64,000 nucleotides of DNA from an uncultured Thiomicrospira sp. (GCA_965195345.1 OZ239628.1:224001-288000); one strand, 5' to 3'. Positions 47,132-61,329 are shown, counted from the stretch's first letter. The notes: generated by a model from the letters alone, not told the origin. A program made the numbers and translations.

Positions 47132-47698
47132 ATGGGAACAACAAAAACCAACGAGCTTAAGAGCGGAGCGAAAATACTCTTAGACGGGAATCCTTGCTCG
47201 GTAATCAGTCACGAACACATTCAACCCGGGAAAGGTCAAGCTTTTGTTAGAGTAAATTATCGACAATTATTGACTGGGCGATCTTTAGAGAAAACTTTTA
47301 AGTCGGGCGAGACAATTGAATTAGCGGATGTCGCTGAGTTGGATCTTCAGTATTTATATTCAGACAGTGAATTTTGGCATTTCATGGACGCCAATACCTT
47401 CGATCAGTACCAAGCGGATGCGAACGCAGTTGGAGATAAACATCGGTGGTTATCCGAGCAAGATCAATGTTTAGTTACGCTATGGAATGGGCGAGCGATC
47501 AACGTCGAACTACCCAATTTTGTCACACTTGAAGTGTCGCATACTGAGCCGGGTCTTAAAGGAGATACAAGTGGCACCGCAAACAAGCCTGCTACTTTAA
47601 GCACAGGTGCGATTATTTTAGTGCCTTTATTTGTAGTCACTGGCGATGTACTAAAAATTGACACCCGCACGGGTGAATACGTTAGTCGGTCGAAATAG
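47132..47698 (+). CDS. efp: Elongation factor P
   Basis: [35 protein letters not shown]. Confidence 0.97.
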   Translation: MGTTKTNELKSGAKILLDGNPCSVISHEHIQPGKGQAFVRVNYRQLLTGRSLEKTFKSGETIELADVAELDLQYLYSDSEFWHFMDANTFDQYQADANAVGDKHRWLSEQDQCLVTLWNGRAINVELPNFVTLEVSHTEPGLKGDTSGTANKPATLSTGAIILVPLFVVTGDVLKIDTRTGEYVSRSK

Positions 47699-47720
47699 CA
47701 TAGTCAAACGAGGCATTTAA

Positions 47721-50126
<2,406 letters not shown>

Positions 50127-50129
50127 GCA

Positions 50130-50738
50130 ATGTTCACTGGAATCATCCAGAGTACTGGAGTAATTGAGCAGCTTAATCGTTCTGAAAAAGGCGCAGACAT
50201 TCGTGTTCGTGTTATAACTCCCAAAGCATTACAGTATCAAAGATGGCTTCTTGGAGACAGTATCGCGTTAAGCGGTGTATGCTTAACGGTAACTGCGATG
50301 GACAATAATTGTTTTGAAGCGCAGCTCTCACATGAAACGGTAACAAAAACCACTTTTTCACATCTCAAAGAGGGGAGTGAAGTCAACCTTGAAGCAGCGT
50401 TGAGAGTGGGAGATTCACTTGGAGGGCATTGGGTCAGTGGGCATGTTGACGATATTGCAGAAATAGTAAACATATCTGAGACAGGCTTTAGTAAAAAAAT
50501 CGATTGTGCTGTATATCCACAATGGAGCAAGTACCTTGCGGTAAAAGGTTCAGTTACTCTTGATGGCATCAGCCTCACACTCAATGCGTCTCAAGATAAC
50601 ATCATTTCTATAAATGCCATCCCACACACGTTAGAAAACACAACTATTGGAAACTGGGAGACAGGAAGGAAAGTGAATATGGAAATAGATTTACTTGCGC
50701 GATATATTTTAAATGCACAACGGTTAACCACACAATGA
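50130..50738 (+). CDS. ribE: Riboflavin synthase (alpha chain)
   Basis: MFTGII N-terminus, GVCLTV, GGHWVSGHVD, KGSVTLDGISLT. Confidence 0.95.
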   Translation: MFTGIIQSTGVIEQLNRSEKGADIRVRVITPKALQYQRWLLGDSIALSGVCLTVTAMDNNCFEAQLSHETVTKTTFSHLKEGSEVNLEAALRVGDSLGGHWVSGHVDDIAEIVNISETGFSKKIDCAVYPQWSKYLAVKGSVTLDGISLTLNASQDNIISINAIPHTLENTTIGNWETGRKVNMEIDLLARYILNAQRLTTQ

Positions 50739-51829
50739 TAAGCCCAATTGAAGAAATAATTGAAGATTTCAAAAACGGAAAAAAAGTCGTACTTATTGAT
50801 GACGAGAATCGCGAAAACGAGGGAGATATCATGATGTCTGCCAAAGCAATCAGCGCGGAGGACGTTAACTTTATGGCGCATTATGCGCGAGGACTGATTT
50901 GCGTCACATTGACAGCAAAACGTTGTGAGCAGCTTGGATTGGAATTGATGACTAAAGGCTCTGAATCAGGGACCTACTTCACCGTATCAATTGATGCCAC
51001 TGAAACAACAACGGGCATCTCTGCTCAAGAGCGCGCGTGCACTTTAAACAAAGTGGTTTCAGCCCAAGCGAATGCCAACGATTTTATTAGACCGGGGCAC
51101 ATTTTCCCAATAATGGCACGAGAAGGAGGGACGTTAGTCCGAGCAGGGCATACAGAAGCTGGTTGTGATTTATCTCGCCTTGCAGGAGAAGCTGAACCGT
51201 CGTCGGTTATTGTTGAAATAATGAATAAAGACGGCACAATGGCACGCCTTCCCGATTTGGAGATTTTTGCTAAAGAACACGGTTTAAAATTGGGAACAAT
51301 TGCAGACTTAATTCGCTACAGAATGCGCAATGAAAAATTCATGCAATTATTGAATACATGCGAATTTCCTACTAATTTCGGCGATTTTAGCCTCCATTTA
51401 TACGAAGATATAATCGACAAACAAAAACACATTGCACTAACATACGGTGATATTAAAGAGCACGACCATACACTGGTGCGCGTCAATAAATATTCTGCTT
51501 TGCACGATGTATTGCACGCTCAGAGAACACCACGTAAATGGACGATGGATAATGCGATGCAACGCATTGTTGAGAACGGTCACGGAGTGATCATCTTGCT
51601 TTCACCCTGTCATGATGAACACATATTTCAGCAAGTATCGGTATGGAATGAAGTGGATGAGGGCGCTATGCGCGAGCATACAGTGACCGACGATAGCAAA
51701 ACTTTTGGTAAAGGAGCCGCAATTTTATCGGATTTACAAGTAACGCACATGAAGGTGCTTGGATCGCCTTGGGGCAACGATACTTTTAGTGGATTTGGTA
51801 TAGAAATATTGGATTTCATCACTTCGTGA
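50735..51829 (+). CDS. ribB: 3,4-dihydroxy-2-butanone-4-phosphate synthase fused to a degenerate GTP cyclohydrolase II domain (RibBX-type)
   Basis: DDENRENEGD, TTGISA, RPGHIFP, GHTEA; C-terminal domain lacks the HSEC..GD and CDC zinc ligands. Confidence 0.9.
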   Translation: MISPIEEIIEDFKNGKKVVLIDDENRENEGDIMMSAKAISAEDVNFMAHYARGLICVTLTAKRCEQLGLELMTKGSESGTYFTVSIDATETTTGISAQERACTLNKVVSAQANANDFIRPGHIFPIMAREGGTLVRAGHTEAGCDLSRLAGEAEPSSVIVEIMNKDGTMARLPDLEIFAKEHGLKLGTIADLIRYRMRNEKFMQLLNTCEFPTNFGDFSLHLYEDIIDKQKHIALTYGDIKEHDHTLVRVNKYSALHDVLHAQRTPRKWTMDNAMQRIVENGHGVIILLSPCHDEHIFQQVSVWNEVDEGAMREHTVTDDSKTFGKGAAILSDLQVTHMKVLGSPWGNDTFSGFGIEILDFITS

Positions 51830-51833
51830 GTAC

Positions 51834-52313
51834 ATGGCAAAGAAAAAGACCTCACCCGATACCATTGCGTTAAACCGCAAAGCTCGACATGATTATCAAA
51901 TAGAAGAAACCATCGAAGCGGGCTTGGTTCTGCACGGTTGGGAAGTAAAAAGCCTGCGACAAGGGAAGATTCAATTACGCGACAGTCATGGGAAATTTCT
52001 GAAAGATGAAGCATGGATGATAGGTGCTTTAATAACACCACTTTCTACCGCTTCTACGCATGTAGTCGCCGACGATAGACGAACCCGAAAGTTGCTTTTA
52101 AAGCGGAAAGAACTCAGTCGAATTCAAGGACTAATAGAGCGTAAAGGATACACTTTGGTTGTTTTGTCAATGTATTGGAAATCTGGTAAAGTAAAGGCAT
52201 CATTGGGGATAGCTCGCGGTCGAAAGCAACACGACAAACGAGAGGCATTAAAGCAACAGGATTGGCGCAGAGATAAGGCCCGACTTGTAAGCAACTCTTT
52301 GAGGAGAGGCTAA
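51834..52313 (+). CDS. smpB: SsrA-binding protein
   Basis: NRKARHDY, EAGLVLHGWEVKSLR, RTRKLLL, GRKQHDKR. Confidence 0.97.
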   Translation: MAKKKTSPDTIALNRKARHDYQIEETIEAGLVLHGWEVKSLRQGKIQLRDSHGKFLKDEAWMIGALITPLSTASTHVVADDRRTRKLLLKRKELSRIQGLIERKGYTLVVLSMYWKSGKVKASLGIARGRKQHDKREALKQQDWRRDKARLVSNSLRRG

Positions 52314-52352
52314 TTGTATTGTCACTTTTAAAGAGGTTTTAATAGGTAGAGT

Positions 52353-53033
52353 ATGAACGGACTTTATGTTACAGGGAGCGATACGGAGGTTGGAAAAACT
52401 GAAATAGCCGCTGCCATCACGCATTTGCTCAACGAGCAAGGGATGCGCGTGCGCGTGCGCAAACCCGTTGCTTCGGGCTGTACATATCTTGATGGAGAGT
52501 GGGTATGCGAAGATACCAACGCCCTCTATGAGGCAAACCGACAAGTTGATGAGAAGAAAATAATCACACCAAACGCATTTGCTGATCCCATTGCGCCATT
52601 TCTTGCCGCTCGCAAGGTTGGGCGTCCGTTAACTATTCAACAACTGTACGATGCTTGCTTAGCACAAGTTGAGAAAGACGATATTCTTATCGCTGAAGGT
52701 GCAGGAGGATTTTACACGCCATTAGCAGAAGATGGTTTATGCGCTGATGTTGCCAAAAAGATGGATTTAAAAGTAGTGGTTGTTGTTCTCAATCGATTGG
52801 GTTGCATAAATCACGCCATTCTAACAATTAACGCCATTGCTTCTGAAGGGTTAACATTGCACAGTGTTATACTCAATGATGCAGATGACAATCACAAAAC
52901 GATGCTTGATAATTCTGAAGCGATTAAAAGTTATACAGGCATTCAGCCATATACCATGCCCTTTATTAAACAAACACGAACGAAATGGCCATTAGTGGCA
53001 GGGCATTTACAAAACCAAGGTTGGGCGTATTAA
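52353..53033 (+). CDS. bioD: Dethiobiotin synthase
   Basis: TGSDTEVGKT, KPVASG, EGAGG, LGCINH. Confidence 0.95.
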   Translation: MNGLYVTGSDTEVGKTEIAAAITHLLNEQGMRVRVRKPVASGCTYLDGEWVCEDTNALYEANRQVDEKKIITPNAFADPIAPFLAARKVGRPLTIQQLYDACLAQVEKDDILIAEGAGGFYTPLAEDGLCADVAKKMDLKVVVVVLNRLGCINHAILTINAIASEGLTLHSVILNDADDNHKTMLDNSEAIKSYTGIQPYTMPFIKQTRTKWPLVAGHLQNQGWAY

Positions 53034-53141
53034 CCGTACGAGTATCAGTATAAGGAACATCAGCTATACACGAATATTGACGAATTAAGGTAATTCTCAC
53101 GGTATCTTCTAATTTAAGGTAGAATGTCGCCAATGAAATGA

Positions 53142-53218
<77 letters not shown>

Positions 53219-53258
53219 GAAAAAAGAGATGTGTAAAATCTCTTAAGGAACGGTTTAC

Positions 53259-53290
53259 AAACCCCTCCCATTGGCTGGGGTTTTTTGTTT
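53259..53290 (+). terminator. Hairpin plus T-tract between metY and rimP (terminator or rimP leader)
   Basis: AAACCCC...GGGGTTT followed by further Ts. Confidence 0.4.
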
Positions 53291-53312
53291 GTAAAGTTGA
53301 TAAGTATAAATT

Positions 53313-53756
53313 ATGTTGCAGAAGTTAGCAGGAAAGATAAAGCCAATTGTTGCTGATATGGGATGTGCGCTTTGGGGTATAGAATATCTCAGTAGTGCTA
53401 ACCCCCCAGTTTTGCGTATTTATATAGACGCTGCCAAAGGCATAAATGTTGATCAATGCGCTTGGGTCAGTCGAGAAGTGAGTGGTATATTGGATGTGGA
53501 AAACCCTATTACAGGGGTGTACAACCTTGAAGTGTCTTCACCGGGTCTTGATAGGCGGTTTTTTTATCCAGATCAATACAAAGACTACATAGGAAAAATG
53601 CTTAAAATCAAATTGAATAAGCCTCTTGAAGGGAGCAGCCGATGGCGGGTAACCCTTACTGCTGTAAATGATCAAGAGATTGAATTTACAGATGGCGTCC
53701 AAACCTATAAGGTAGCATTCAATTCTATTGAAAAAGCAAGGTTAATGCCAAGTTAG
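53313..53756 (+). CDS. rimP: Ribosome maturation factor RimP
   Basis: LRIYID, LDVENPI, YNLEVSSPGLDR. Confidence 0.95.
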   Translation: MLQKLAGKIKPIVADMGCALWGIEYLSSANPPVLRIYIDAAKGINVDQCAWVSREVSGILDVENPITGVYNLEVSSPGLDRRFFYPDQYKDYIGKMLKIKLNKPLEGSSRWRVTLTAVNDQEIEFTDGVQTYKVAFNSIEKARLMPS

Positions 53757-53778
53757 AAGAACACATTTGGAGAAATAA

Positions 53779-55062
53779 ATGAATAGTAAAGAAATGTTAT
53801 TTTTCGTCGAAGCCGTAGCAAATGAAAAAGGACTTGCAAGAGCGGATGTTTTCGATGCACTTGAATACGCGCTCGCAACCGCTATTCGCAAACTACAGCA
53901 CGAAGATATGGATGTGCGCGTGGAAATGGATCAAGTAAGTGGCGATTTCAAAGCGTATAGATGCTGGACAGTGGTCGCTAATGATGAAGAAGAGTTTGAA
54001 GAAGCGACCATGCTCAAGCTGATGGATGCTGAGGACGAAGATCCGAACGCGGTTATTGGTGATGTGCTTGAAGAGACATTGGACGCTCCACCAATAGGAC
54101 GGATTGGAGCGCAAACTGCCCGTCAAATAATGATGCAAAAATTGCGTGAAGCATCACGTCGGAAAGTAGTGGAGCAGTACGAGCCGCGCATTGGAGAAGT
54201 CTTCATGGGGACGGTAAAACGTATGGAACGTGAAGGTATCGTCATTGATATTTCTGATAACGTTGAAGGACTGTTGCCCAGAGAACATCAAATTGTTGGT
54301 GAACACTATCGCATTGGATCAAGAGTTCGAGCCTTGCTTTGGGAAATCGATGTTGAGGTGCGTGGGCCTCAGCTGATTTTTTCAAGAACAGACAACGAAT
54401 TTCTTTCCCAACTATTTAGCATGGAGGTCCCCGAAGTATCTGATGGAATAATCGACATAAAAGCGGTGGCCCGTGAGCCGGGGATAAGAGCAAAAGTTGC
54501 TGTATTTACGGGAGATCCTCACTTAGATGTTATCGGTGCGTGTGTTGGCATGCGTGGTTCACGAGTGCAGGCGGTAATGACCGAACTTAATGGAGAGCGC
54601 ATTGATGTCATTCAATGGAATGCCAATCCCGCACAGTTTGTTATTAGTGCCATGTCTCCTGCTGAGATACGTTCGTTATTAATTGACGAAGAAAGAGGCG
54701 TTATGGACTTATCGGTGAGTGATGAGATGCTTTCACAGGCGATTGGGAAAAGCGGGCAAAATGTTCGTCTTGCCAGTGAACTGACAGGCTGGGTATTAAA
54801 CGCCATGTCCGAAACGCAAATGAAAGAGCTTGAAGGTCGCCAGCAAGTCAGCTTACGTGACTTATTAGAAAAAGAGTTAGAGGTTGATGAGAGCATTGCT
54901 AAAAAATTAGTTAATGCAGGTTTTACCTCCATTGAAGAAATAGCTTATGTTGCTGAAAGCGAACTGCTATCAATTGATGGTTTGAACGGCGAGATAGTAA
55001 CAAAAATTCGCGATAAAGCAAACGACATACTGCTTATGCAGATGTTAGAAAACCCTGAGTAA
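53779..55062 (+). CDS. nusA: Transcription elongation factor NusA
   Basis: GRIGAQTARQ, S1 and KH domains, GACVGMRGSRV, AIGKSGQNVRLA, one acidic repeat. Confidence 0.97.
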   Translation: MNSKEMLFFVEAVANEKGLARADVFDALEYALATAIRKLQHEDMDVRVEMDQVSGDFKAYRCWTVVANDEEEFEEATMLKLMDAEDEDPNAVIGDVLEETLDAPPIGRIGAQTARQIMMQKLREASRRKVVEQYEPRIGEVFMGTVKRMEREGIVIDISDNVEGLLPREHQIVGEHYRIGSRVRALLWEIDVEVRGPQLIFSRTDNEFLSQLFSMEVPEVSDGIIDIKAVAREPGIRAKVAVFTGDPHLDVIGACVGMRGSRVQAVMTELNGERIDVIQWNANPAQFVISAMSPAEIRSLLIDEERGVMDLSVSDEMLSQAIGKSGQNVRLASELTGWVLNAMSETQMKELEGRQQVSLRDLLEKELEVDESIAKKLVNAGFTSIEEIAYVAESELLSIDGLNGEIVTKIRDKANDILLMQMLENPE

Positions 55063-55098
55063 TTTAGGACGATTTTAACCTAACAGTAGAGGTCAGTC

Positions 55099-57795
55099 AT
55101 GGCAGATAGCACATTAAAAATGGCGGCAGATCGGCTAAAAATGGATGTCAAAGATCTTCTTGGTGCTTTGAAAAGCGAGGGTATTGTTATCAGCAAGAAA
55201 GATGACTTAACTCCTGATCAAAAAAGGCAATTGTTGGATTTTTTGAAGAAAAGCCTTTCAGGGGATAATGAAGTTACAGTAACCCGCACACGCAAACAGG
55301 TATTACAAGGGAAGTCAAATGTAAAAGTTGAAGTCAAGCAAGCTCGTAAGGTTGTACGACTAAGAACGGAAGTTAAAAAAGAAGTCAAAAAGGTTGTAAA
55401 GGAAGAAGAGCAGGAAAAACAAGCAGAAAAACCTATTGAGCCCACCGCAATTGCCCAACCTCAAACCAACGATCAAGAACAGCCTTTAATTGAAGCACAA
55501 GCGGATCAAGCGGTTGAGCCTTCATCAATCGAAGCAAGCACAGTTCAAGCGATTGAGCCTCCATCAACCGAAGAAACTACGCAAGCGGCTGAGCCTCCAA
55601 AGCCTGAGCCAGAACTGGAGCAACCAAAAAGCAGAATTAAAAGAGAAGCAGGAATTTCCTTTGTCGAACGCCGTAAAGTAGTTACAAAGCCAATTGAAGC
55701 AAAAATTAAGGCACCAGAGAAAAAGGAAGAAGATACAACAGATGAAGGAAATAAAAAACGCATATCTGCAGGCAAACCACAATCAAAAGCAAAGTTAAAA
55801 ATTGAAACAGGTGCTGAAAAACAAGCTCGGGAAGCCTCTGAAGAAAAAACCAAAAAACGCAGATCAAGTCGTGGAGCGAAAATGGGGGATAAAACCCATG
55901 AGAAGTATCGCAATTTTCTAAACGATACCAACATAGATGATGGTTTAAATGATGGCGATAGGGCAATAAGAAGTGATGGTAAGAAAACAATAAAAGTAAG
56001 CGCCCCCAAGCATGCGTTTACGAAACCACAACAGAAAATAGTTCATAAGGTTGAAATATCTGATGACATTGAAGTTGGTGAGTTGGCGTTTAAAATGGCG
56101 ATGAAAGCATCAGGTGTTATTGCAGAATTGCAAAAGTTGGGCTTAGCAGTAGCCATTGACGAACGCATAGATCAGGACACAGCAGTACTTGTTGTTGAAG
56201 AGCTGGGGCATAAGCCTGTGTTGGTCCAATCCAGAGAGCATGATTTAGCAGCAACCATGGCGACACCTAAGGTGGAGGGCGAAGGGCAAGCGAGATCGCC
56301 AGTAATAACTGTTATGGGGCACGTTGATCATGGGAAAACCACCTTACTTGATACGATTCGAAAAACGAAAGTTGCAGATGGAGAGACTGGCGGAATTACC
56401 CAACAAATGTCGGCATACAAAGTAAGCACTAAAAATGGCATGATTACTTTCGTTGACACTCCAGGACATGCTGCATTCACTGCGATGCGTATGCGTGGTT
56501 CACGTTTCACCGATATTGTTGTTTTAATCGTCGCTGCCGACGATGGCGTAATGCCACAAACACGCGAAATTGTGCAACACGTTAAAGCCGCACAAGTACC
56601 ATTAGTTGTTGCCATAAACAAAATGGACAAACCCGATGCCAATCCAGACAAAGTAATACAAGAGCTCAGTCAACTTGATGTACTATCAGAAGACTGGGGC
56701 GGGCAAGTACCTTTTATTCGGGTAAGCGCAATGACGGGAGAAGGGATTGAGGACTTGCTTGAGAACTTATTACTACAAGCGGAAATTCTTGAGCTTAAAG
56801 CGCAACCCAAAGGCGATGGTAAAGGAACAGTACTCGAGTGTAGATTAGACAAAGGCAAAGGAATTATTTCCAATGTGCTGGTGCAAAGTGGCGAGTTCAA
56901 AGTCGGCGATACAATTTTGTCAAACAAGTCCTTTGGACGCATACGAGCAATGCTTGATGATACAGGTAAGCCTATAAAAAGTGCAGGTCCTTCAACACCA
57001 GTAGAAATTATGGGTTTAACGGAGATGCCACAAGCAGGGGACGAAGTAATCTACGTTAAGAATGATAAACAAGCACGAGAAATGGCACAGTTGCGTCAAA
57101 ATAGGGAAAGAGAAGACCTTTTGCGCAAACAGCAACAAGTTCATTTGGAAAATCTTTTTGCGGATGCAGAAGATGGTGAGAAAAAAATCATCAATCTGAT
57201 TGTAAAAGCAGATACGCATGGATCTCTTGAGGCAATACAAGAAGCAGTGGGCGGGCTTGATAGGGAAGAAGTATCAGTGCAGGTAGTTGGTTCAGGGATT
57301 GGTGGCATTAGAGAATCAGATGCCACATTAGCTATGGCGCACAATGCAATTATTATAGGCTTTAATGTCCGAGCCGACAATTTAGCACGGAAAATAATTG
57401 AAAGAGATAACATCGACATCCATTACTACAGCATAATATATGAAGTCGTTGATCAAATCACTCAAGCAATTGAAGGGCAACTGGCACCAAAAATCGTTGA
57501 AAAAATTGTTGGTATTGCTGAAGTACGCGATGTTTTCAAAGCTTCAAAAATGGGGCAAATTGCAGGTTGTATGGTGGTTGAAGGACTGGTCAAGCGCAAC
57601 AATCCAATTCGAGTACTGAGAAATGAAGTCGTCATTTATGAAGGAATGCTGGAGTCATTGCGACGCATAAAAGAAGATGTATCAGAAGTGCGCAACGGAA
57701 CGGAATGTGGAATAGGCGTCAAAAACTACAACGATGTGAAAGCTGGAGACAAAATTGAAGTATTTGAACGTCAAGAAGTTAAACGTACTTTATAA
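55099..57795 (+). CDS. infB: Translation initiation factor IF-2
   Basis: [28 protein letters not shown]. Confidence 0.98.
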   Translation: MADSTLKMAADRLKMDVKDLLGALKSEGIVISKKDDLTPDQKRQLLDFLKKSLSGDNEVTVTRTRKQVLQGKSNVKVEVKQARKVVRLRTEVKKEVKKVVKEEEQEKQAEKPIEPTAIAQPQTNDQEQPLIEAQADQAVEPSSIEASTVQAIEPPSTEETTQAAEPPKPEPELEQPKSRIKREAGISFVERRKVVTKPIEAKIKAPEKKEEDTTDEGNKKRISAGKPQSKAKLKIETGAEKQAREASEEKTKKRRSSRGAKMGDKTHEKYRNFLNDTNIDDGLNDGDRAIRSDGKKTIKVSAPKHAFTKPQQKIVHKVEISDDIEVGELAFKMAMKASGVIAELQKLGLAVAIDERIDQDTAVLVVEELGHKPVLVQSREHDLAATMATPKVEGEGQARSPVITVMGHVDHGKTTLLDTIRKTKVADGETGGITQQMSAYKVSTKNGMITFVDTPGHAAFTAMRMRGSRFTDIVVLIVAADDGVMPQTREIVQHVKAAQVPLVVAINKMDKPDANPDKVIQELSQLDVLSEDWGGQVPFIRVSAMTGEGIEDLLENLLLQAEILELKAQPKGDGKGTVLECRLDKGKGIISNVLVQSGEFKVGDTILSNKSFGRIRAMLDDTGKPIKSAGPSTPVEIMGLTEMPQAGDEVIYVKNDKQAREMAQLRQNREREDLLRKQQQVHLENLFADAEDGEKKIINLIVKADTHGSLEAIQEAVGGLDREEVSVQVVGSGIGGIRESDATLAMAHNAIIIGFNVRADNLARKIIERDNIDIHYYSIIYEVVDQITQAIEGQLAPKIVEKIVGIAEVRDVFKASKMGQIAGCMVVEGLVKRNNPIRVLRNEVVIYEGMLESLRRIKEDVSEVRNGTECGIGVKNYNDVKAGDKIEVFERQEVKRTL

Positions 57796-57803
57796 GGAGT
57801 CTT

Positions 57804-58148
57804 TTGGTCTCTACTCGGCAGTATAAAATTGCATCAGAAATAACCAGAGTGCTTGCGCAAACATGTTTGCTTAAAGTCTCGGACGAACGTCTTAAACAGA
57901 TACGAGTAAAAGAAACGCGCATGAGTAAGGACTTTAGCCAAGCTATCGTCTATGTTGGAGTTGCTGGATGCGAGGATCAATCAGATGCGCTATCGCACAT
58001 GAAGGCACTGAAAAAGGCAGTACCTTTTTTACGCAAAGTGATTTCTACAGAGTTATCATTACGCATTGTGCCTCGTTTAGACTTCCGTTATGACGTGGTT
58101 GAAAAACACGCACAAGATATAGATAAATTACTCGATACACTGCGTTAA
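57804..58148 (+). CDS. rbfA: Ribosome-binding factor A
   Basis: Follows infB; DERL, MSKDFSQA, LRIVPRLDFRYD; TTG start after aggag. Confidence 0.9.
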   Translation: MVSTRQYKIASEITRVLAQTCLLKVSDERLKQIRVKETRMSKDFSQAIVYVGVAGCEDQSDALSHMKALKKAVPFLRKVISTELSLRIVPRLDFRYDVVEKHAQDIDKLLDTLR

Positions 58149-58156
58149 GACCGCTC

Positions 58157-59035
58157 ATGCACGGTATCGTTTTAGTGAATAAGCCGCTCGGCATCACATC
58201 CAATCAAGCTATTCAACGCATTAAAAAAACACTTCATGCTGCAGGAAAAAAAGTAAAAATAGGGCATACTGGCACACTTGACCCCCAAGCAAGTGGCATG
58301 TTAGTAGTATGCTTGGGTGAGGCAACTAAAATCTGTGGTTTTTTGCTTGAAGCAGACAAACATTACACAACCACCATGCGTCTTGGAGTGACCACCGACA
58401 GTGGCGATGCTTCAGGTTTGGTTTTAGAGCGCACACCAATACCAAAATTGAACCAAATAATAGTAGAAAAAGCGCTGCGTCAATTTGAGGGAAGTATTGA
58501 ACAAATTCCACCAATGGTGTCCGCGCTTAAACATGCAGGAAAACCGCTTTATCAATACGCTATAGAAGGAAAGCACATTCAGCGCAAGGCGAGACAAATA
58601 TCCATTCATGCCATTCGGCTATTAGGTTTTTTTGAAGACACCATTAGCATTGATGTTCACTGCTCCAAGGGTACATACATTCGAACATTAGCGGAAGACA
58701 TTGCGATCCAACTTGGGACGGGCGGACACGTTATAAAATTGCACCGTGATTGGAGCGCTCCTTTTACTAACAACGAAATGATCACAATGGAGCAGTTGGA
58801 TACGACAGAATCAATAGAAAAAGCACTATTACCCATTGAAGCAGGTCTGCCAAATACGCCGCAAATTCAGTTAGATGAAGTACAAACAAAACACGTGAAA
58901 CATGGTCGCACGGTTGAAACGCATCACTGCGATTGTAATTTAGTTATAGCACACGAATCAGACGGGACATTGATTGGGCTTGGTCAAATAAAGCAAACCA
59001 TTTTTCATCCAATTCGATTATTCAACATTAAATAA
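58157..59035 (+). CDS. truB: tRNA pseudouridine(55) synthase
   Basis: GHTGTLDP, QIPPMVSALK, CSKGTYIRTL. Confidence 0.96.
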   Translation: MHGIVLVNKPLGITSNQAIQRIKKTLHAAGKKVKIGHTGTLDPQASGMLVVCLGEATKICGFLLEADKHYTTTMRLGVTTDSGDASGLVLERTPIPKLNQIIVEKALRQFEGSIEQIPPMVSALKHAGKPLYQYAIEGKHIQRKARQISIHAIRLLGFFEDTISIDVHCSKGTYIRTLAEDIAIQLGTGGHVIKLHRDWSAPFTNNEMITMEQLDTTESIEKALLPIEAGLPNTPQIQLDEVQTKHVKHGRTVETHHCDCNLVIAHESDGTLIGLGQIKQTIFHPIRLFNIK

Positions 59036-59055
59036 CAAAAAAAACGGATCAACGA

Positions 59056-59319
59056 TCAAACGCTATCGCTTTGATTCAAATGAAAAGCAATCGCCAATTT
59101 CACTTGATCTTGACTATTGGATACCACAATCGATGGATGATAAATCCAATCATGCAAAGCCATATCATCAAGTAGTAAAATGCGTTGAAATGCTTTCTGC
59201 TCGATAATAGAAGCACTTATATAATGATTAGATAAGTATGAGGTAGTTAAGGTATCGAGCTCTTTGGTACCTCGACGACACAAATGGCGTAATTTTTTTT
59301 CAATCACAAAATAAAGCAA
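59056..59319 (-). CDS. sdhE: Succinate dehydrogenase flavinylation factor SdhE
   Basis: LRHLCRRGTKELD (RGxxE motif), F..IL..DD..L..W; start uncertain. Confidence 0.75.
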   Translation of the reverse strand: MLYFVIEKKLRHLCRRGTKELDTLTTSYLSNHYISASIIEQKAFQRILLLDDMALHDWIYHPSIVVSNSQDQVKLAIAFHLNQSDSV

Positions 59320-59332
59320 TAGGAACTAAAAG

Positions 59333-60982
59333 ATGCACAACATTATACTAACATTTGCATTACTAACAGCATCTGTATTAGCCTCTGCTAATCAAGCGGG
59401 CATAGCCACTGCACACCCACAGGCGACAAAGGCAGGAGCAGACATAATAAACAATGGAGGCAATGCATTTGATGCAGCAGTTGCAATCACTGCAGCACTT
59501 GGAGTGGTTGAACCGTACTCTTCAGGCATTGGCGGAGGGGGATTTTATTTGATGTATCTAAGCAAAGAAAAGCGAACCATATTTTTAGATGCCCGTGAGC
59601 GCGCGCCATTTGCAGGGCATTCAGACATGTATCTTGATGATCAGAAGAACGTAATAGCAGGCAGTTCCGTTAATGGTCCGTTAGCTGCTGGCATTCCTGG
59701 CATTCCCGCAGCACTTGATTATTTAAGTAAAAAATACGGCAAGAATACATTAGCTGAAAACCTCGCATCAAGCATTGAATTAGCGGAAAAAGGGTTTAAC
59801 GTTGATGAGATTTACCGTAGGCTTGCTGAATTTAGATTACCGGTTTTAACACAATACCCGCATTCCAATAATTTATTTTTAATCAATGGTAAAGTGCCTC
59901 AAAAAGGAGCACTCATCAAACAACAAGAGCTTGCAAATACTTTACGCCATTTGGCACGCAATGGCAGAGATGGATTTTATAAAGGGGAAGTAGCCGCTGA
60001 ATTGATCAAAAGTGTTAAACAAAACGGTGGGATCTGGCAGCAACGCGATCTGGATTCGTACGTGCTTGTTGAGCGCAGTCCAATTACATTGAAAATGGAC
60101 GCTGGAACATTATACAGTGCGCCACCGCCTTCCTCAGGTGGTGTAGCGATTGTGCAGATTTTGCAACAATTAAAAGAATTGGATGCACAAGGAAAAAGCA
60201 AACAGCAGCAACAGCATTTGTTAATTGAAACTATGAGACGGTCTTACAGAGACAGGGCAATTTATCTTGGAGATACTGACTTCGTGAAAGTCCCTCTTAA
60301 TAAGCTATTGAGTCAGAACTATGCTGCAGGGCTTGCCGCTTCAATAAATCCTGAAAAAGCATCTAAAAGCACTTGGTTTTCTGCCAAACGTGACGGAGCA
60401 GGAGGAAACCACACCACACACTTTTCCGTTGTTGATAAGCAAGGCAATATCATTTCGGCAACGTTATCAATCAACTATCCCTTTGGCAGTGGTTTCGTTG
60501 CAGGAAATACAGGCGTTCTTCTTAACGATGAGATGGATGACTTTGTCGCCAAACCAGACGTTCCTAATGTTTACGGGTTGGTCGGAGGAAAAGCCAATGC
60601 CATAGAAGGAGGAAAAAGGATGCTTTCTTCAATGAGCCCAAGCATACTCGTTCAACCAAATAGGACAGTGGTGCTGGGAACACCAGGAGGCAGTCGAATT
60701 ATTACAATGGTGCTGAATGGGTTGCTTTTAGCGATGCAAGGAGCGAGTGCTAAAGAAATTGTAGAGGAAAAAAGAATTCACCATCAGTTTTTGCCAGACA
60801 CTGTATTTTTTGAAAAAGACGTGTTTAATAAAGAGGAAGAAAAGTATTTGAAAGACAAAGGACACGTTTTGCAAATGAATAATGCTTGGGGAAACATGCA
60901 AACAGTCATTGTCTATAACAATGGGAAAACAAACGCAGCAAGCGACTCTAGAGGGATCGGTACAGTATGGACAAGCCCTTAA
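59333..60982 (+). CDS. ggt: Gamma-glutamyltransferase
   Basis: Signal peptide, GGNAFDAA, SSGIGGGGF, HTTHFS, LNDEMDDF, MLSSMSP, GTPGGSRI. Confidence 0.96.
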   Translation: MHNIILTFALLTASVLASANQAGIATAHPQATKAGADIINNGGNAFDAAVAITAALGVVEPYSSGIGGGGFYLMYLSKEKRTIFLDARERAPFAGHSDMYLDDQKNVIAGSSVNGPLAAGIPGIPAALDYLSKKYGKNTLAENLASSIELAEKGFNVDEIYRRLAEFRLPVLTQYPHSNNLFLINGKVPQKGALIKQQELANTLRHLARNGRDGFYKGEVAAELIKSVKQNGGIWQQRDLDSYVLVERSPITLKMDAGTLYSAPPPSSGGVAIVQILQQLKELDAQGKSKQQQQHLLIETMRRSYRDRAIYLGDTDFVKVPLNKLLSQNYAAGLAASINPEKASKSTWFSAKRDGAGGNHTTHFSVVDKQGNIISATLSINYPFGSGFVAGNTGVLLNDEMDDFVAKPDVPNVYGLVGGKANAIEGGKRMLSSMSPSILVQPNRTVVLGTPGGSRIITMVLNGLLLAMQGASAKEIVEEKRIHHQFLPDTVFFEKDVFNKEEEKYLKDKGHVLQMNNAWGNMQTVIVYNNGKTNAASDSRGIGTVWTSP

Positions 60983-61299
60983 ATTAGGCAATACTCTGTG
61001 AAAAAAGACTTTTTTAAATAGTCATACTTCCTTTTCCAAGCACATAGGTGCGCAATCAACTGCGCGCGTGTAGAATCTCAACCTTAATTTCATGGTCTTT
61101 TTTAAAGCATTGATGCCGCTTTTACCTATCAAATATTGCCTTCTTCGTATCACTCTTTGCCGGCATATCGTCTTAAGATATTCTACTTTTATTTGCCTTA
61201 ATGTAAGAGGTATGGGTAAGGGAAAATGCTTTATAAAAAGCATCAAATGCAAAATATATATTTACATATATCAATCGCTTAATAGGTGTTATAAAAAAA

Positions 61300-61329
61300 A
61301 AGACATTAAGTTTAAACGTGCTGTATAAT
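61300..61329 (+). promoter_or_regulatory. Candidate sigma70 promoter for the adhesin gene
   Basis: AAGACA-18 bp-TATAAT preceded by an A-tract. Confidence 0.35.

Noticed and set aside
50735-51829. Loss of GTP cyclohydrolase II catalytic cysteines as a pseudogene or novelty
   Set aside because: The frame is intact and RibBX fusions with an inactive domain are already described in Proteobacteria
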